64,000 nucleotides of DNA from Tubulanus polymorphus. Taxonomy: Eukaryota > Animalia > Nemertea. A program made the position numbers and the translations under genes. The notes beneath the pieces are model-generated. The model saw only the letters and a list, made by a program, of their open reading frames with translations, ran no database searches and was not told the DNA's origin. The DNA is taken from contig NC_134030.1 in the NCBI RefSeq assembly GCF_964204645.1, forward strand, positions 12,235,947 to 12,299,946, written 5' to 3'. This document shows positions 33,501-43,625 of this stretch, piece after piece. The first letter of the stretch is position 1; every line of letters begins with the position of its first letter.

Positions 33501-35467
33501 ACTCGAGATATAAAGTCATCACCTGTTTCTACAGGAATTTGGATTTCAGTATCAAGGAAAGGTAAAAGATTAGGACCCAGTTCAAAAGCGATTCAATGAA
33601 ACGAAGTTTGATGGCCTTATGATCCAACTTTTTAGGGTTTTTAGTGGGTATCATAGCATACGCGATATAGCCGAACACATTCACATGTCTAAGATCTGGT
33701 TTTCATTCATACCAGAGTTCTTATGGGGTTACATGTGTGTAGGTCATCCAAGATAGCCGCCACAGTTATGTCGGTGTCTTATATATCCACTTTGGAGCTG
33801 GTTACTGCTCTAAGGAGTTAGAGCAGTGTTTTAGACTGATTTCCTTCATACTTAAAACTGTGGTACGATGGGAGGAGGATGAGTTTTACATATACACAGA
33901 GCTGCCAACCGTTCCGCATCTTGCGGGACAGTCACGGAATTTCATCGGCTGTCCCGCTGTTCTGAAGAGTATTGAAAATGCCACAAATTTTTTGAGAATA
34001 AGCTTTTGTCACGGAAAATGTCATGGTTTTTTTTAATTTCAATATTTTCAATGGAAAGTTGGCTCTTTTCCACTAGCGGTAGGGGAATAAGTAGACGACA
34101 TACATCGCGCTATACATGATAAGGCAAGTGTTCAATGTGGCGCTAGCAGACGGTACTTAGGAATGATCTGATATAGCAAGTGAACAAACACTGTGGAGCT
34201 AGCAGTCAGTACTTAACTTTCCCACCCATCGAGTTACATTTCCTGTCCGTGAATTTTAAGAAACTTTCATTCATGATGCAGCTCTCTTCACCTGGGCACA
34301 AGATAAGTGCTTGATTTTTTTAAGTTAAAAAGCTGAAATGCTGAAATGTTTGGATGTCCCTGAAAATTGATGGCTGTGCCCAAAAATGAGGATTTCTGTG
34401 CCTCAAAACAATTTGCAGGGGTTGGCAGCTCTGATATATAGGTCATCGAAAGCAACCAAATTTCTGTGTGAAATAGGTATTATGGATCTCGTTCTTGCTC
34501 AATAATCTATAGTTTTTCATAGTTATACTGATTTTCATATGACCTTGTGCCGGTATGTGTATTTAAGGCAGGAGGGGGGATAAGACCCAGCGTTTTTGAT
34601 GCATATATCTTATTAAAGATGACCCCCACATATTGAAACCCATTTTGTGAGATGAATAAGAATATGTACCCTATTACAATATATGACTCTCCCTCACTGG
34701 CAGAGGGGTATTTACATACGTGTAGTTGACTTCAAGTAACTGCCTTTTACGGGTTTTTCTGCCCCCCTCCCCCAATGTCCTATCTTATAACCCAAGAATT
34801 GCATCATTTCATCGTGGGGCTCTTGTCTAGTTCTCTCTAGCTCTTTCAGTATTAATGTAATAAAGGAATTTGAAAATTTTGTGTGATCCATAGCTTTTGA
34901 ATAAATCACTTGGGATACTCTGTAGAAAGAAAATAAACTTGTGTGATGACTTATTTATTTAGTGTGGATTGGCAATTAAACCAGGAACTCCAGTTGATGT
35001 TGTGAAGCCATATGCAGAGATGATTGACATGGTTTTAGTGATGACAGTGGAACCTGGATTTGGAGGACAGAAATTCATGGAAGACATGATGCCTAAGGTA
35101 CAGGTCGACATGTTATTTGGATCCTATACATGAATACTACTTATTGCATTTATTTTGACTGAATATATAATTTTCAGGTTCAATATTTGAGAGATAGATA
35201 TCGAACACTTGATATTGAAGTTGATGGTGGCATAAGTTTAGCCACAATCAATCACTGCGCTGAGGTAAGCCCCATAAATGACTTAATTCTATATTTTTCT
35301 GATAGGAAGAAATCTACTCTGCATAATACATTTATTGATTTCAGGCTGGAGCTAATATGATCGTTTCAGGAAGTGCCGTTGTAAAAAGTGACACACCCAG
35401 GGAAACTATCAATACTATGAGAGAAGCTGTCAACACAGTAATTCAGAGATCTCAAATAGACAGATAG
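3292..35467 (+). CDS. RPE: Ribulose-phosphate 3-epimerase, join(3292..3540,4015..4122,34963..35097,35178..35264,35345..35467), 233 aa
   Basis: The spliced translation is open and has RPE motifs [58 protein letters not shown] and [11 protein letters not shown]. All four introns are GT-AG and phase 0. Confidence 0.96.
4015..4122 (+). CDS. RPE: RPE coding exon 2 ([19 protein letters not shown]...AGMK)
   Basis: TTTTAG acceptor, GTAATT donor, 108 nt in frame. Confidence 0.95.
4150..5760 (-). mobile_element. Highly degenerate BEL/Pao LTR retrotransposon pol remnant (RT to RNase H region)
   Basis: Minus-strand fragments occur in the expected order: NIDVDDCL (~5630), [21 protein letters not shown] (~5000), KLHYFSG (~4810), [12 protein letters not shown] (~4690), WTDSTIVL (~4580), ADLSRG...LWLKG..FL (~4450). 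These match BEL motifs YVDD, YDPLG, FSDAS, KSRVAP..TIPRLEL, WTDS and NPAD..SRG. Confidence 0.75.
5038..5382. repeat. Near-perfect tandem duplication, 173-bp unit x2
   Basis: GTTTGCAAATGAGGGTATGTTTCG...TAATCTTCA starts at 5038 and again at 5211. Confidence 0.9.
6338..6807 (+). mobile_element. Tc1/mariner-superfamily (Tc2/pogo-like) MITE, copy 1
   Basis: TIRs CCGTATTTTCCGGC / GCCGGAAAATAAGG flanked by TA on both sides; related inverted copy at 7425-7983. Confidence 0.8.
7425..7983 (-). mobile_element. Tc2/pogo-like MITE, copy 2 (inverted relative to copy 1)
   Basis: TIRs CTGTATTTTCCGGCCAATAAGCCGA / TCGGCTTATTGGCCGGAAAATACGG with TA flanks; the interior is the reverse complement of 6338-6807. 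Confidence 0.8.
8495..12030 (-). mobile_element. Mutator-like (MULE) transposase pseudogene with SWIM finger and upstream intron-separated exons
   Basis: ORF 9213-10244 has SVDPTF...FGTDGE...HLRCTRHF (MULE DDE core with CxxH). ORF 8765-9130 has a SWIM motif CTC...CSHTIAA. ORF 10257-10817 is the N-terminal part. A putative exon at ~11183-11300 encodes C2H2-like [22 protein letters not shown]. Stops and frameshifts are present; element ends were not identified. Confidence 0.75.
12060..12370. repeat. Degenerate ~80-bp tandem repeat
   Basis: GTAGTAGAAACAGT(A/C)ACATA recurs near 12076, 12242 and 12321, with a weaker copy near 12150. Confidence 0.5.
12418..14672 (-). mobile_element. piggyBac DNA transposon, defective (PGBD4-like transposase)
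   Basis: TTAA TSD at 12414-12417 and 14673-14676. Imperfect 17-bp TIRs CCCTTACTGAGCGGAAT / ATTCAGCGCACTAAGGG. Transposase motifs [40 protein letters not shown] and a C-terminal CKVC. Confidence 0.9.
15000..15200 (+). repeat. Internal fragment of HINE family A
   Basis: Similar to 1220-1385 (GCTGATTGG.CCATTTA...ACAGAAGCCT...CTGTGATTGG; TTTAGCT.AGTGGGTT..AATCCCTTGA). Confidence 0.6.
15240..19813 (-). mobile_element. Animal EnSpm/CMC-type DNA transposon, defective; transposase plus a second spliced gene
   Basis: Transposase pieces at 17188-19213 have [45 protein letters not shown] and YNIHCLIHL...[10 protein letters not shown]. The right end reads CCCAG on the minus strand (19813) with subterminal TCGG repeats. 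The left end appears truncated. Confidence 0.8.
15255..17120 (-). pseudogene. DUF4806-like accessory gene of the EnSpm element (about 5 exons)
   Basis: Exons ~16980-17120 ([12 protein letters not shown]), ~16628-16718 (AKALEQRDL...KRKSR), ~16140-16398 (S/P-rich), ~15587-15780 ([16 protein letters not shown]) and ~15255-15394 ([35 protein letters not shown]). Confidence 0.6.
19830..20900 (-). mobile_element. Degenerate LINE 5' part: ORF1 (RRM-like) and AP-endonuclease fragments
   Basis: DISVVHRL...GRPVLCKF (ORF1-like, 20388-20654); NVCGL at the endonuclease start (~20350); IYL...[11 protein letters not shown], resembling the GDFNAR motif (19831-20088). Confidence 0.6.
21348..21958 (+). mobile_element. 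Tigger/pogo-like MITE inserted in an intron of the BEN gene
   Basis: TA|CAGTCAACCCCGCATAAGTCGT at the left end and a decayed ...TTTACTG|TA at the right; shares internal sequence with 45072-46288. Confidence 0.7.
22600..22805 (-). repeat. Imperfect (CAA/CAG)n trinucleotide repeat encoding polyQ
   Basis: TGTTGTTGC runs on the + strand; translation [21 protein letters not shown]... Confidence 0.9.
24900..28530 (-). mobile_element. Internally deleted Ty3/Gypsy retrotransposon (gag, RT, IN, extra 3' ORF); no LTRs recognised
   Basis: gag: [28 protein letters not shown] and knuckle [16 protein letters not shown]: [43 protein letters not shown]: [25 protein letters not shown]...AYRS and GPY. Protease and RNase H are absent. 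Confidence 0.85.
25061..25465 (-). pseudogene. SGNH/GDSL hydrolase-like ORF downstream of the Gypsy integrase
   Basis: RILLVSDSM resembles block I (GDS) and VVVNHGTN resembles block III (GxN). A frameshifted VDHQIHL (~24965-24985) resembles block V. Confidence 0.5.
28533..30132 (-). pseudogene. SAP + SWIM + YqaJ (lambda-exonuclease-like) gene, an accessory gene typical of ISL2EU/Kolobok-type DNA transposons; one premature stop, 3' truncated
   Basis: Exon 29978-30132 (MASIQ...[26 protein letters not shown]-like) splices in frame to 29718. In-frame TGA at 29418-29420. SWIM motif CHCKA...CSHIAALL; YqaJ motifs QS...W...R..RMTAS and MQRGIDFE..A. Confidence 0.75.
30796..30944. repeat. Short tandem repeat (~41-bp units decaying to a 24-bp unit)
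   Basis: ACAATGTCTACAA occurs four times, separated by related CTGATTGTCGACCGATTCTACT(C/A)GT-type linkers. Confidence 0.8.
31731..31951 (-). mobile_element. tRNA-derived SINE
   Basis: Minus strand begins GGCCTCGGTAGCTCAGTGAG (A box), has GGTTCGAGTCC (B box, 31873-31883) and a unique body, and ends in a (CAAA)n tail. Confidence 0.75.
33372..33589 (-). mobile_element. Penelope-like element RT thumb fragment
   Basis: Manual translation: [15 protein letters not shown]...[41 protein letters not shown], matching the PLE LPFLD...VYRK.T.T..YL.F...K..L...RA..IC pattern. Confidence 0.75.
33897..34433. mobile_element. hAT-like MITE
   Basis: 14-bp TIRs CAGAGCTGCCAACC / GGTTGGCAGCTCTG; no clean 8-bp TSD, so the superfamily is tentative. 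Confidence 0.6.
34963..35097 (+). CDS. RPE: RPE coding exon 3 (CGLAIKPGT...[18 protein letters not shown])
   Basis: TTTAG acceptor, GTACAG donor, 135 nt; EPGFGGQ motif. Absent from the ORF track. Confidence 0.95.
35178..35264 (+). CDS. RPE: RPE coding exon 4 (VQYLR...IEVDGGI...CAE)
   Basis: TTTCAG / GTAAGC, 87 nt; catalytic VDGG motif. Confidence 0.95.
35345..35467 (+). CDS. RPE: RPE coding exon 5 ([12 protein letters not shown]...SQIDR*)
   Basis: TTTCAG acceptor; TAG stop at 35465-35467; AATAAA at 35501. Confidence 0.95.
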   Translation, partial: AGANMIVSGSAVVKSDTPRETINTMREAVNTVIQRSQIDR

Positions 35468-36626
35468 TCATAGTCAAAATATAGAATCATGTAAGAAAGT
35501 AATAAAGAGTAATGTATAATTCAGGTACTTTCACTTTCTTTATCGTATTCCTAAATTTTTGGATTCGCATTCAACTTGAACTTTGTGGTTGCCTTGCCAA
35601 CACATGTTTATCCCCCAAACATCCCCAGAATAACTGCCCACACCTAGGGCCAGCATCAAATGGTGAATTGTCATTTATACAGCGCGGTATCCTTCAACAG
35701 TTCAAATGCGCTTTCCAATGGTATGCCGAACAAGATTGCATAATCGCTGAGGAAAATTTCATGGAAGAACTATAAATGGAAAACCCGGGCTAAAATAAAA
35801 CATGATTTCCGATTGGCTAATAATGACACCATCAAAGCTGGGCATGTAGCTGCGCACTCTGAGACTGTGGCGAGTCTCTTTGCCATCAGGTTAGAATCCC
35901 TACCGCAGCAGGATGGTAGCATCAGGATAATTTGTGAGAGTTGAAGGACCATAAACAGAGAACACTATGGATCAAAATGTTGAGATAGTCTCATGTATGT
36001 GGTCGAACAGAGTTAATCTTAAATGTTTGAGTGATTCAGCTGGATAGTATAACCTTTTAATCTCACACACTTTGAAAAGCACTTTGACCCGTGCATTTTC
36101 TTTGATAATCACCATACTTTGAAGCCTTTACAAATCATTTACTCAGCATTCGACACAGCATTAGAGTGATGTTACAAATAATAAAATACAGATTTAATGC
36201 AGTGCATTCCCTATAACATATTATAATTTTTGCCTGGTTGCTGATGAACTAATTCATTATGTATGGCCCTGATTCACAAGAAAAACCAGTGACTTTGTCG
36301 ATGACAATGGAATTTTCAATGGTTGTCTCATAGAATCAGTATAAAGGACTGAACACCTACTAAAAACGTCTTCATCTCAGTTCTGCCTATAGTGAGACAC
36401 CAATGCTGGTTTCAAGTTCTGCGATGAAAATATACCCAGTTTCGACGTCTTAGCAGACTTAATGGAGAATATCTAATAGTATATATAATTGATTTTACCT
36501 GAGAAATTCTAAATTTGTTTAGCGCTAAGAATGCCTTAAACTTCACGATAATATGGATATTGTAAAAAATATAATGATATGAATAGCATGAAAATACTGT
36601 AATCACCCCCAGTTAAATGTAATAAG

Positions 36627-36932
36627 TGTTACCCAGTTGTGTTACAGTTATTGTATAGTTATTGTATGTATAGTGTTTATATGGTATACTGACTTCAGTC
36701 TGTTCAGTGTGAATCATTCAGTGTTTATTCTTGACTTACCCCTATAAACTGTACCTATATAAATATATGTTTACTGACCACAGTCAGTCCCAGCCACAGT
36801 ACTTTAATAAATGTTCAACATTATAATATTATACATCTGGTGTCGTCGTTAATTTTATGGGTGTTGTTCGACCCTGGAGCTTGGATCCGAAAAGGAATTG
36901 GGTATTTCGGCCCTGGATTTTCATCCGTAACA
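36627..36932 (+). repeat. 5' LTR
   Basis: TGTTAC...GTAACA; contains TATATAAA and AATAAA; about 10 differences from the 3' LTR by manual count. Confidence 0.95.
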
Positions 36933-36937
36933 GAAAT

Positions 36938-36954
36938 TGGGGGCTCGTCCGGGA
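36938..36954 (+). promoter_or_regulatory. Primer-binding site complementary to tRNA-Pro
   Basis: TGGGGGCTCGTCCGGGA matches the first 17 nt of the tRNA-Pro PBS known from MLV. Confidence 0.9.
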
Positions 36955-38145
36955 GCCACGGACTTTGAAGACGACTTTTAGCACATTTGGACGTGTTTGT
37001 GGCAGAACCAATGAAACGAGGAAAAGTTTTTGCAGTACTTCTGTTGTTATCTGTGCTGTTTTATAAAGGTACTGTACCGTTTCATATTTGGTATCGTTTA
37101 GGACTCGTAGATATGTTGCCCTCTGTGGAATCGTTTATTGATTCGCCAAGTAGTGAACAAATTGAGACTTTACGTAAAAGTGAATTAGTTCAGCTTGCTG
37201 AGCATTATAACGTCTCATTTAGAAAATCACAGAAAAAGGAACATATTAAACTCTGTATTATAGAACATTGCGTCAAATCTGGTCTTTTAAGCGAAGTTGA
37301 AATGTAGCAGGCAATTCCTGATAAGACAAAAAATGAGGCCGGAGAGATGGAAGCTACTTTAATTCGTAGAATGGAGCTCGAGTTCGAAGCAGAGGAACGG
37401 GAACGAGAACGCAAACACCAATTAGAAATCAAACGTCTTGAGAGTGAACATCAGCTGCGCTTTTTGGAGTTGGAGTCACGTGTCCAAGGCTTTCCGGCTC
37501 ATAGGAATGAGTTCGATGTCACTCGTCACATACGTCTAGTACCGAAATTTCAAGAAGCTGAAATAGATAAGTACTTTTTACATTTTGAGAAAGTAGCCAA
37601 TAATCTTAAGTGGCCTAGAGAGTGTTGGACATTGCTACTCCAAAGTGTTTTGATTGGAAAGCTCAAGAAGCATATTCATCTCTCTATGCCGAAGAAAGTG
37701 CTGACTATGACATAGTTAAGACTGCTATATTAAAAGCTTACGAACTTGTACCGGAAGCTTATAGACAGAAGTTTCGTAATCGAAAAAAATCTCCCAATGA
37801 AACATATGTTGAATTTGCCAGAGAAAAAGAAACGTTATTTAGTCGTTGGTGTGATTCAAAAAATGTAAAAGACTATGATTCTTTGAAACAATTGTTATTA
37901 GAACAAGAATTTAAACAATGTATTAGTAGTGATATTAGAACATATGTCGATGAACAGAAAATAGATAGTTCGTCAAAAGCTGCCAGCTCTGCTGATGATT
38001 ATGCTCTGACACACAAAATCAGCTTTGAGTCAGGTTCTGCTAGTAATTTTCCGGCTTCGGATTCTCGAAATGTGTCAAAATTTCAAAGAAATTTCAATAA
38101 TCCTAGTAATACGCAAAATTGGACTCAGGGTAGAAGAAATAAAGG

Positions 38146-38284
38146 TATTTGGTGTAATTACTGTAAAAAATCCAGTCATACTCTAAGTACATGTTTTTCT
38201 CTTCAGAAAAAGAATATTTGGTGTAATTACTGTAAAAAATCCAGTCATACTCTAAGTACATGTTTTTCTCTTCAGAAAAAGAAT
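38146..38284 (+). repeat. Exact in-frame 69-bp tandem duplication of the gag zinc knuckle
   Basis: IWCNYCKKSSHTLSTCFSLQKKN is encoded twice by identical nucleotides. Confidence 0.95.
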
Positions 38285-41200
38285 GAGAGGGGTGAGAACC
38301 AGAGGTCAGTCGAGACAAAACCGATCGGTCTTACAGCAACTCAACGTATTAAATCCAACCCTGCAGTTCAACCACTGTATAGCAAGAGTTATAATCCATT
38401 TATAGTAGACGCTTTATTGTCATTCGAAAGTACCGATGAACCAGTGAGTATTAAATTACTTCGCGATACGGGTGCCTCTCAAACTTCAATCTTGGAGAGT
38501 CTTTTACCGTTATCTGGTAGTACTTTTATCGGTGAACATGTTCTCATTAGAGGAATAGGTTCAGAAATTATCAAAGTTCCACTCCACAGAGTTTATCTGG
38601 ATTCTGATTTAGTTTGCGGTTCTGTAGTTGTGGGCGTTCAGTCGTCACTACCTATTTTGGCTGTATCTATGCTCCTCGGTAATGACTTGGCTGGTGGTAG
38701 AGTACACGTTAACCCTTTAGTCACTACAGATCCTCTACTTAATGTGGATACTGAAAGTTTAGAGAAAACGTATCCTGGAATTTTCCCATCACGTGTAACT
38801 ACTAGGGCTATGTCACGATGTGCTGATAAGATAATGGGATCTAAGCCCTGTTTAGAAAACAAAGAGTTTTCTAATGAAATGGTAGATTTAAGTGATTCGT
38901 TTCTTGGTCGAATTTTTGACGAAACGCCTACCGGTTTCATTTCATCTAATAAAGATGTATCATCAAGGTCAAACCTTATTGATTTGCAGAATGTTGAACC
39001 AGAGTTCAAGACATTTTTAAATTCTGCTTCCGATTCAATTGAATCATTAACTGATGCTGCTTCTGGATATTATTTTCAGTCTGGAGTGTTGATGCGTAAA
39101 TGACGACCTCCAGATGTTCCTGCAAGTAATGAATGGAAAGTTTTTCATCAGATGGTTGTTCCAACACCATATCGGAATAATATTTTAAGTTTAGCTTATG
39201 AAACTTGGCTTGCTGGTCATCTGGGAGTCACCACGACTTACAACAAAGTCTTAAATCACTTTTTCTGGCCTGGTTTAAAGCGTGATGTTCAAAATTTTTG
39301 TGCAACCTGTCAACCATGCCAGGAGTCTGGTAAGCCTAACCAGATAATACCCCCTGCACCTCTTATTCCGATTCCAGCGTTCGGGGAGCCGTTTGCAGAG
39401 GTTATTTGCAATTGTGTAGGTCCATTACGGAAAACTAAATCAGGGTTTTAGTATCTGTTGACAATAATGTGTAAAGCAACACGTTTCGCTGAAGCTATAC
39501 CGTTTAGGAAAATTACTGCACCACTTATCTGCAAAGCATTGGTTAAATTTTTTACGCTGTTTGGGTAACCGACATCGGTGCAGTCTGATCAAGGTTCGAA
39601 CTTCGTATCCAATAGGCCTATATTCCAACAGGTTATGTATCAGTTAGGAATTAAACAAAATATTTCTAGCGCTTACCACCCTGAATCTCAGGGAGCTCTT
39701 GAACGTTTCCATCAGACCCTCAAAGCAATGCTTCGAACATATAGTATACAACATGAGAAAGATTGGGATGAGGCAGTACCATTTTTACTTTTTGTTATAA
39801 GAGAAGCAGTTCAAGAATCCCTGGGATTTAGCCCTTTTGAGTTGGTATTTGGTCACCAGGTTAGACGTCCATTAAAACTAATTAAGGAAAGATGGCTTGA
39901 TAAAACTGATGAAATTAATTTGTTAACGTATATTTCCAATTTCAAAGAACGGTTGTATTCTGCATGGGAATGTGCTCGTATGCACCTAAAGCAAGCACAG
40001 GGACGTATGAAAACCTGGTATGACAAAAAAGCTCCCAACAGAGAGTTCAAAAAAGATGATAAAGTTTTGGTGTTATTTCCACTGAAAGGTCATCCGTTTA
40101 AAGCTAAATTTCATGGTCCGTATGTAGTGCAAGAAAAGGTGAACGATGTGAATTATATCGTTTCAACGCCTGACCGTAGAAAAGCTACTCAATTATGCCA
40201 TATTAATATGTTGAAACTTTACATAGATCGTCCACAGTCTGTCGGTATGATTTCAATTGCTGAAAATAATACTAATGAAATATGAATTTCAAGCTATATT
40301 GAAAATCCATTGCATCTAGAATCTGATTTCGATAGTTCTAAATTAGTTACTATTGCACCTGGTTTCAATAACAGCAAGGTATTAAGCAATATAGATGAAA
40401 AAGTATGTCATTTAGGTTCAAAAGAAAAAGATCAATTATTGCAACTTATTAACGACAATAAACATCTTTTTACAGATCAACCTGGTCTAACATCTTGGGC
40501 ATCTCATGATGTCGATGTTGGGGATGCTACTCCTATCAAACAGCATCATTATAGAGTGAACCCACAAAAAGGTGAAATTATGAAACAGGAGGTTATTTCC
40601 ATGATTAAAATGGCCGTAGCTGAGCCTAGTGAAAGTGAGTGGAGTTCTCCCTGCTTGCTAGTACCTAAACCTGGAGGTAAGTGGCGTTTTGTAACTGACT
40701 TTAGAAAAGTCAATGCTGTGACTAAGTCTGATAGTTACCCAATGCCACGAGTCGACGATCTTATTGATCGCATTGGCCGAGCCAAATATGTCAGTAAATT
40801 CGACCTAACAAAAGGGTACTGGCAGGTACCTCTTTCTGAAAGAGCTAAAGAAATCAGCGCTTTTGTGACCCCGATGGAGTATTTCAATATCGCGTTATGC
40901 CTTTTGGCATGAAGAATTCTGCCGCCACCTTTCAGCGGTTAATGAACAAAGTAGTGCGCGGGCTAGTATGTGTTGTAGTATATTTGGATGATATCATTGT
41001 TTTTTCCGACACTTGGGAAGAACACCTACAACAAATAAAAAATCTGTTTCATAATCTCACCGAAGCTAATCTAACTGTTAATTTAGAAAAAAGCGAATTT
41101 AGTAAGGCCACAGTTAAATATCTAGGCTATATAGTGGGACAAGGTCAAGTACGCCCCATAGATGCAAAAGTAAAAGCTATAATTGAGTATTCACCACCTT

Positions 41201-41935
41201 CTAACAAGCGTGACATCATGCGTTTTTTAGGAATGGCGGGATACTATAGAAAGTTTTGTAAAAATTTCGCACAAGTCACTGTTCCTTTAACCGAGTTGCT
41301 GAAAAAGGATGCAAAATTTGAGTGGAGTGAAACTTGTGAGAAATCTTAAATCAGTAAAACATTTGTTGATGTCAACTCCTATTCTCGCAGCTCCAAATTT
41401 CGATAAACAATTCAAGCTTACTGTTGACGCCAGTGATTCGAGTGCTGGCGCAGTTTTAGCTCAAGATGATGATGACGGTTTGGAACATCCTTTGTGTTTC
41501 TTTTCAAAGAAGTTTGTAGCTGCGCAGAAAAATTACTCGACAATTGAGAAAGAACGTCTGTCTATAATCTTAGCTTTGGAACATTTTGATATTTATACAA
41601 GTATGAAAATCTTTCCTGTAGTTATATTAACAGATCACAATCCATTAACTTTCTTGTATAAGATGCAGAACAAGAATAAGCGTCTCATGGCTTGGAGTGT
41701 GATACTGCAGTCGTATGACTTAGACATAAGACACATTACAGGACGCTGTAATGTGGTTTCAGATGCCCTTTCGCGCTCATAACATTACGTAATAATTAAC
41801 GTGTAATGTATTGTTGAAATATTACGAATCGTTATAATCTGAAGATTAAATATGTGTTTGTTGTAGAATTTTGTAGAATGTATGTACGTGTATTTTTTTC
41901 TAGAAATACATCTCTGAATCTTTTAAGGGTGAGGG

Positions 41936-42241
41936 TGTTACCCAGTTGTGTTACAGTTATTGTATAGTTATTGTATGTATAGTGTTTATATGGTATACTG
42001 ACTTCAGTCTGTTCAGTGTGAATCATTCAGTGGTTATACTTGACTTACCCCTATAAACTGTACCTATATAAATATATGTTTACTGACCACAGTCAGTCCC
42101 AGCCACAGTACCTTAATAAATGTTCGACGTTGTAATATTATACGTCTGGTGTCATCGTTAGTTTTATGGGTGTTGTTCGACCCTGGAGCTTGGATCCGAA
42201 AAGGAATTGGGTATTTCGGCCCTGGAGTTTCATCCGTAACA
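41936..42241 (+). repeat. 3' LTR, preceded by PPT AAGGGTGAGGG at 41925-41935
   Basis: Direct repeat of 36627-36932, followed by TAAG. Confidence 0.95.
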
Positions 42242-43147
42242 TAAGGAACAAGTAACCAACCTCATTGGGGTACTGTAATCGCCAGATTGACAAGCGTTTA
42301 TGCTGCTCATGCCAGCTGACAATTGAAAGACTATCGGCATCTTTATAATAACTGATTATCAAGACTTCCGTAGAAAAAGCCCCAGGCTTTGCTAGGATAT
42401 CACTAATACGCGGAGGATTTATGGATCAGACAATAGATCACCTATCACCAATATCAAGAGCATGGCCGTATAAACTAGATAATACGTCCACGATCAGAGC
42501 ATTTCCAGGACAGACATCACAACCACTCAGACTAGTTTGGAGCTGAAGCCAGAGGTTTTACTTAACAGCATATGTAAATAGTAATCTTTATTGGCCCTTA
42601 CATTAATTAAGTACCATATTTAATATTAAATTTTGAACAATGAACCTTTTAGAACAATGAACCTGAATTTGACTTTATTCCTAAGAATTATTGCTCAATG
42701 ATATGCCAGAGGCGAAGCTCATTAAAAGGGGTTTGGGGTCCTCCCCAAGAAAAAGGTTAATAAATGACTATCCTTGTATCCAAAGGCATTCTGGACCTGT
42801 TAGATAAGGTACTTCTAGAAAATATGTTATTCACATTTTTATGGGCTTTCGCTTTAGCTTTATTGAATTTCATCAGAATCCGTTGCTTATTTATTAATTT
42901 AGTTATTTATTTGTTGTTGGAATTATATTTCGTTTCGGAAGAACACATGCCCTATACGTATATTCATGCTTTACATACGTGCGCGGTTGTACATATACTC
43001 GCTGCTCTGTGGTATATTGATCTGTGCACGCATATGAAAAGCACACCCCGCACGTGAATCTTGGAAATTGTTCTATTGTTTTATGAAAATAAATTCTAAC
43101 AAACTTCGTACAGAGTGTTATGAAATAAATGGAATTGTCACACCATG

Positions 43148-43625
43148 TATGGGCGGCCATCCCCACCAAACAGACGTTTAAGTTATCACATGAAGGATAA
43201 ACCCATAACGTGAAGGATAAACTCATAACATGAAGGATAATGTCATGACGTGAAGGACCAACTCTCGTCATCAAGGATAAACCTATTATGTCACCAGATG
43301 GCGTGCCAGTCGGTCGAAATAAATTTTGTTGTGCGGAGGCGTCATGACATGTGAACTTGAATGACTCCAGCATGAGCGTCACTGTAGTTTCTATTAGGTT
43401 CGAATCCCACAAAATATTGATCCTTATTTCAAATTGATGACCACATTGTCGCTGATTTATTCTATTAGCAGTCCCAAAAATTATTCGTGAGTTGATCCTT
43501 CACGTCATGACATTATCCTTCACGTTATGAGTTAATCCTTCACGTTACTACATTATACTTCACGTTATAGGTTTATCCTTCACGTGATGACTTAAGTGTC
43601 TGTTTGGCGGGGATGGCCGCCCATA
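43148..43625. mobile_element. Non-autonomous TIR element with IS3EU-like termini
   Basis: Long imperfect TIRs TATGGGCGGCCATCCC...GGGATGGCCGCCCATA; 6-bp TSD ACCATG (43142-43147, 43626-43631); subterminal TGAAGGATAA arrays in inverted orientation. Confidence 0.8.

Larger units (their letters stand above)
36627..42241 (+). mobile_element. Full-length, inactivated Gmr1-like Gypsy LTR retrotransposon (gag-PR-IN-RT-RH)
   Basis: Two 306-bp TG...CA LTRs, TAAG TSD, PBS and PPT. SCAN-like gag (YELVPEAYRQKFR), CCHC knuckles and protease LRDTGA. Integrase (GHLG, CQPC, SDQGSNF, YHPESQGALER, GPY) precedes RT (FVTDFRKVN, YLDD) and RNase H (VDASD, YSTIEKE, TDHNPL). Multiple stops and frameshifts. Confidence 0.95.

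Noticed and set aside
37305-40285. Programmed read-through or frameshifting in the Gmr1-like element
   Set aside because: Stops and frameshifts are numerous and fall inside conserved domains, consistent with post-insertion decay.
42903-43412. 169-aa ORF as a transposase of the TIR element
   Set aside because: It runs across the element boundary and has no DDE motifs, so it is a chance ORF.
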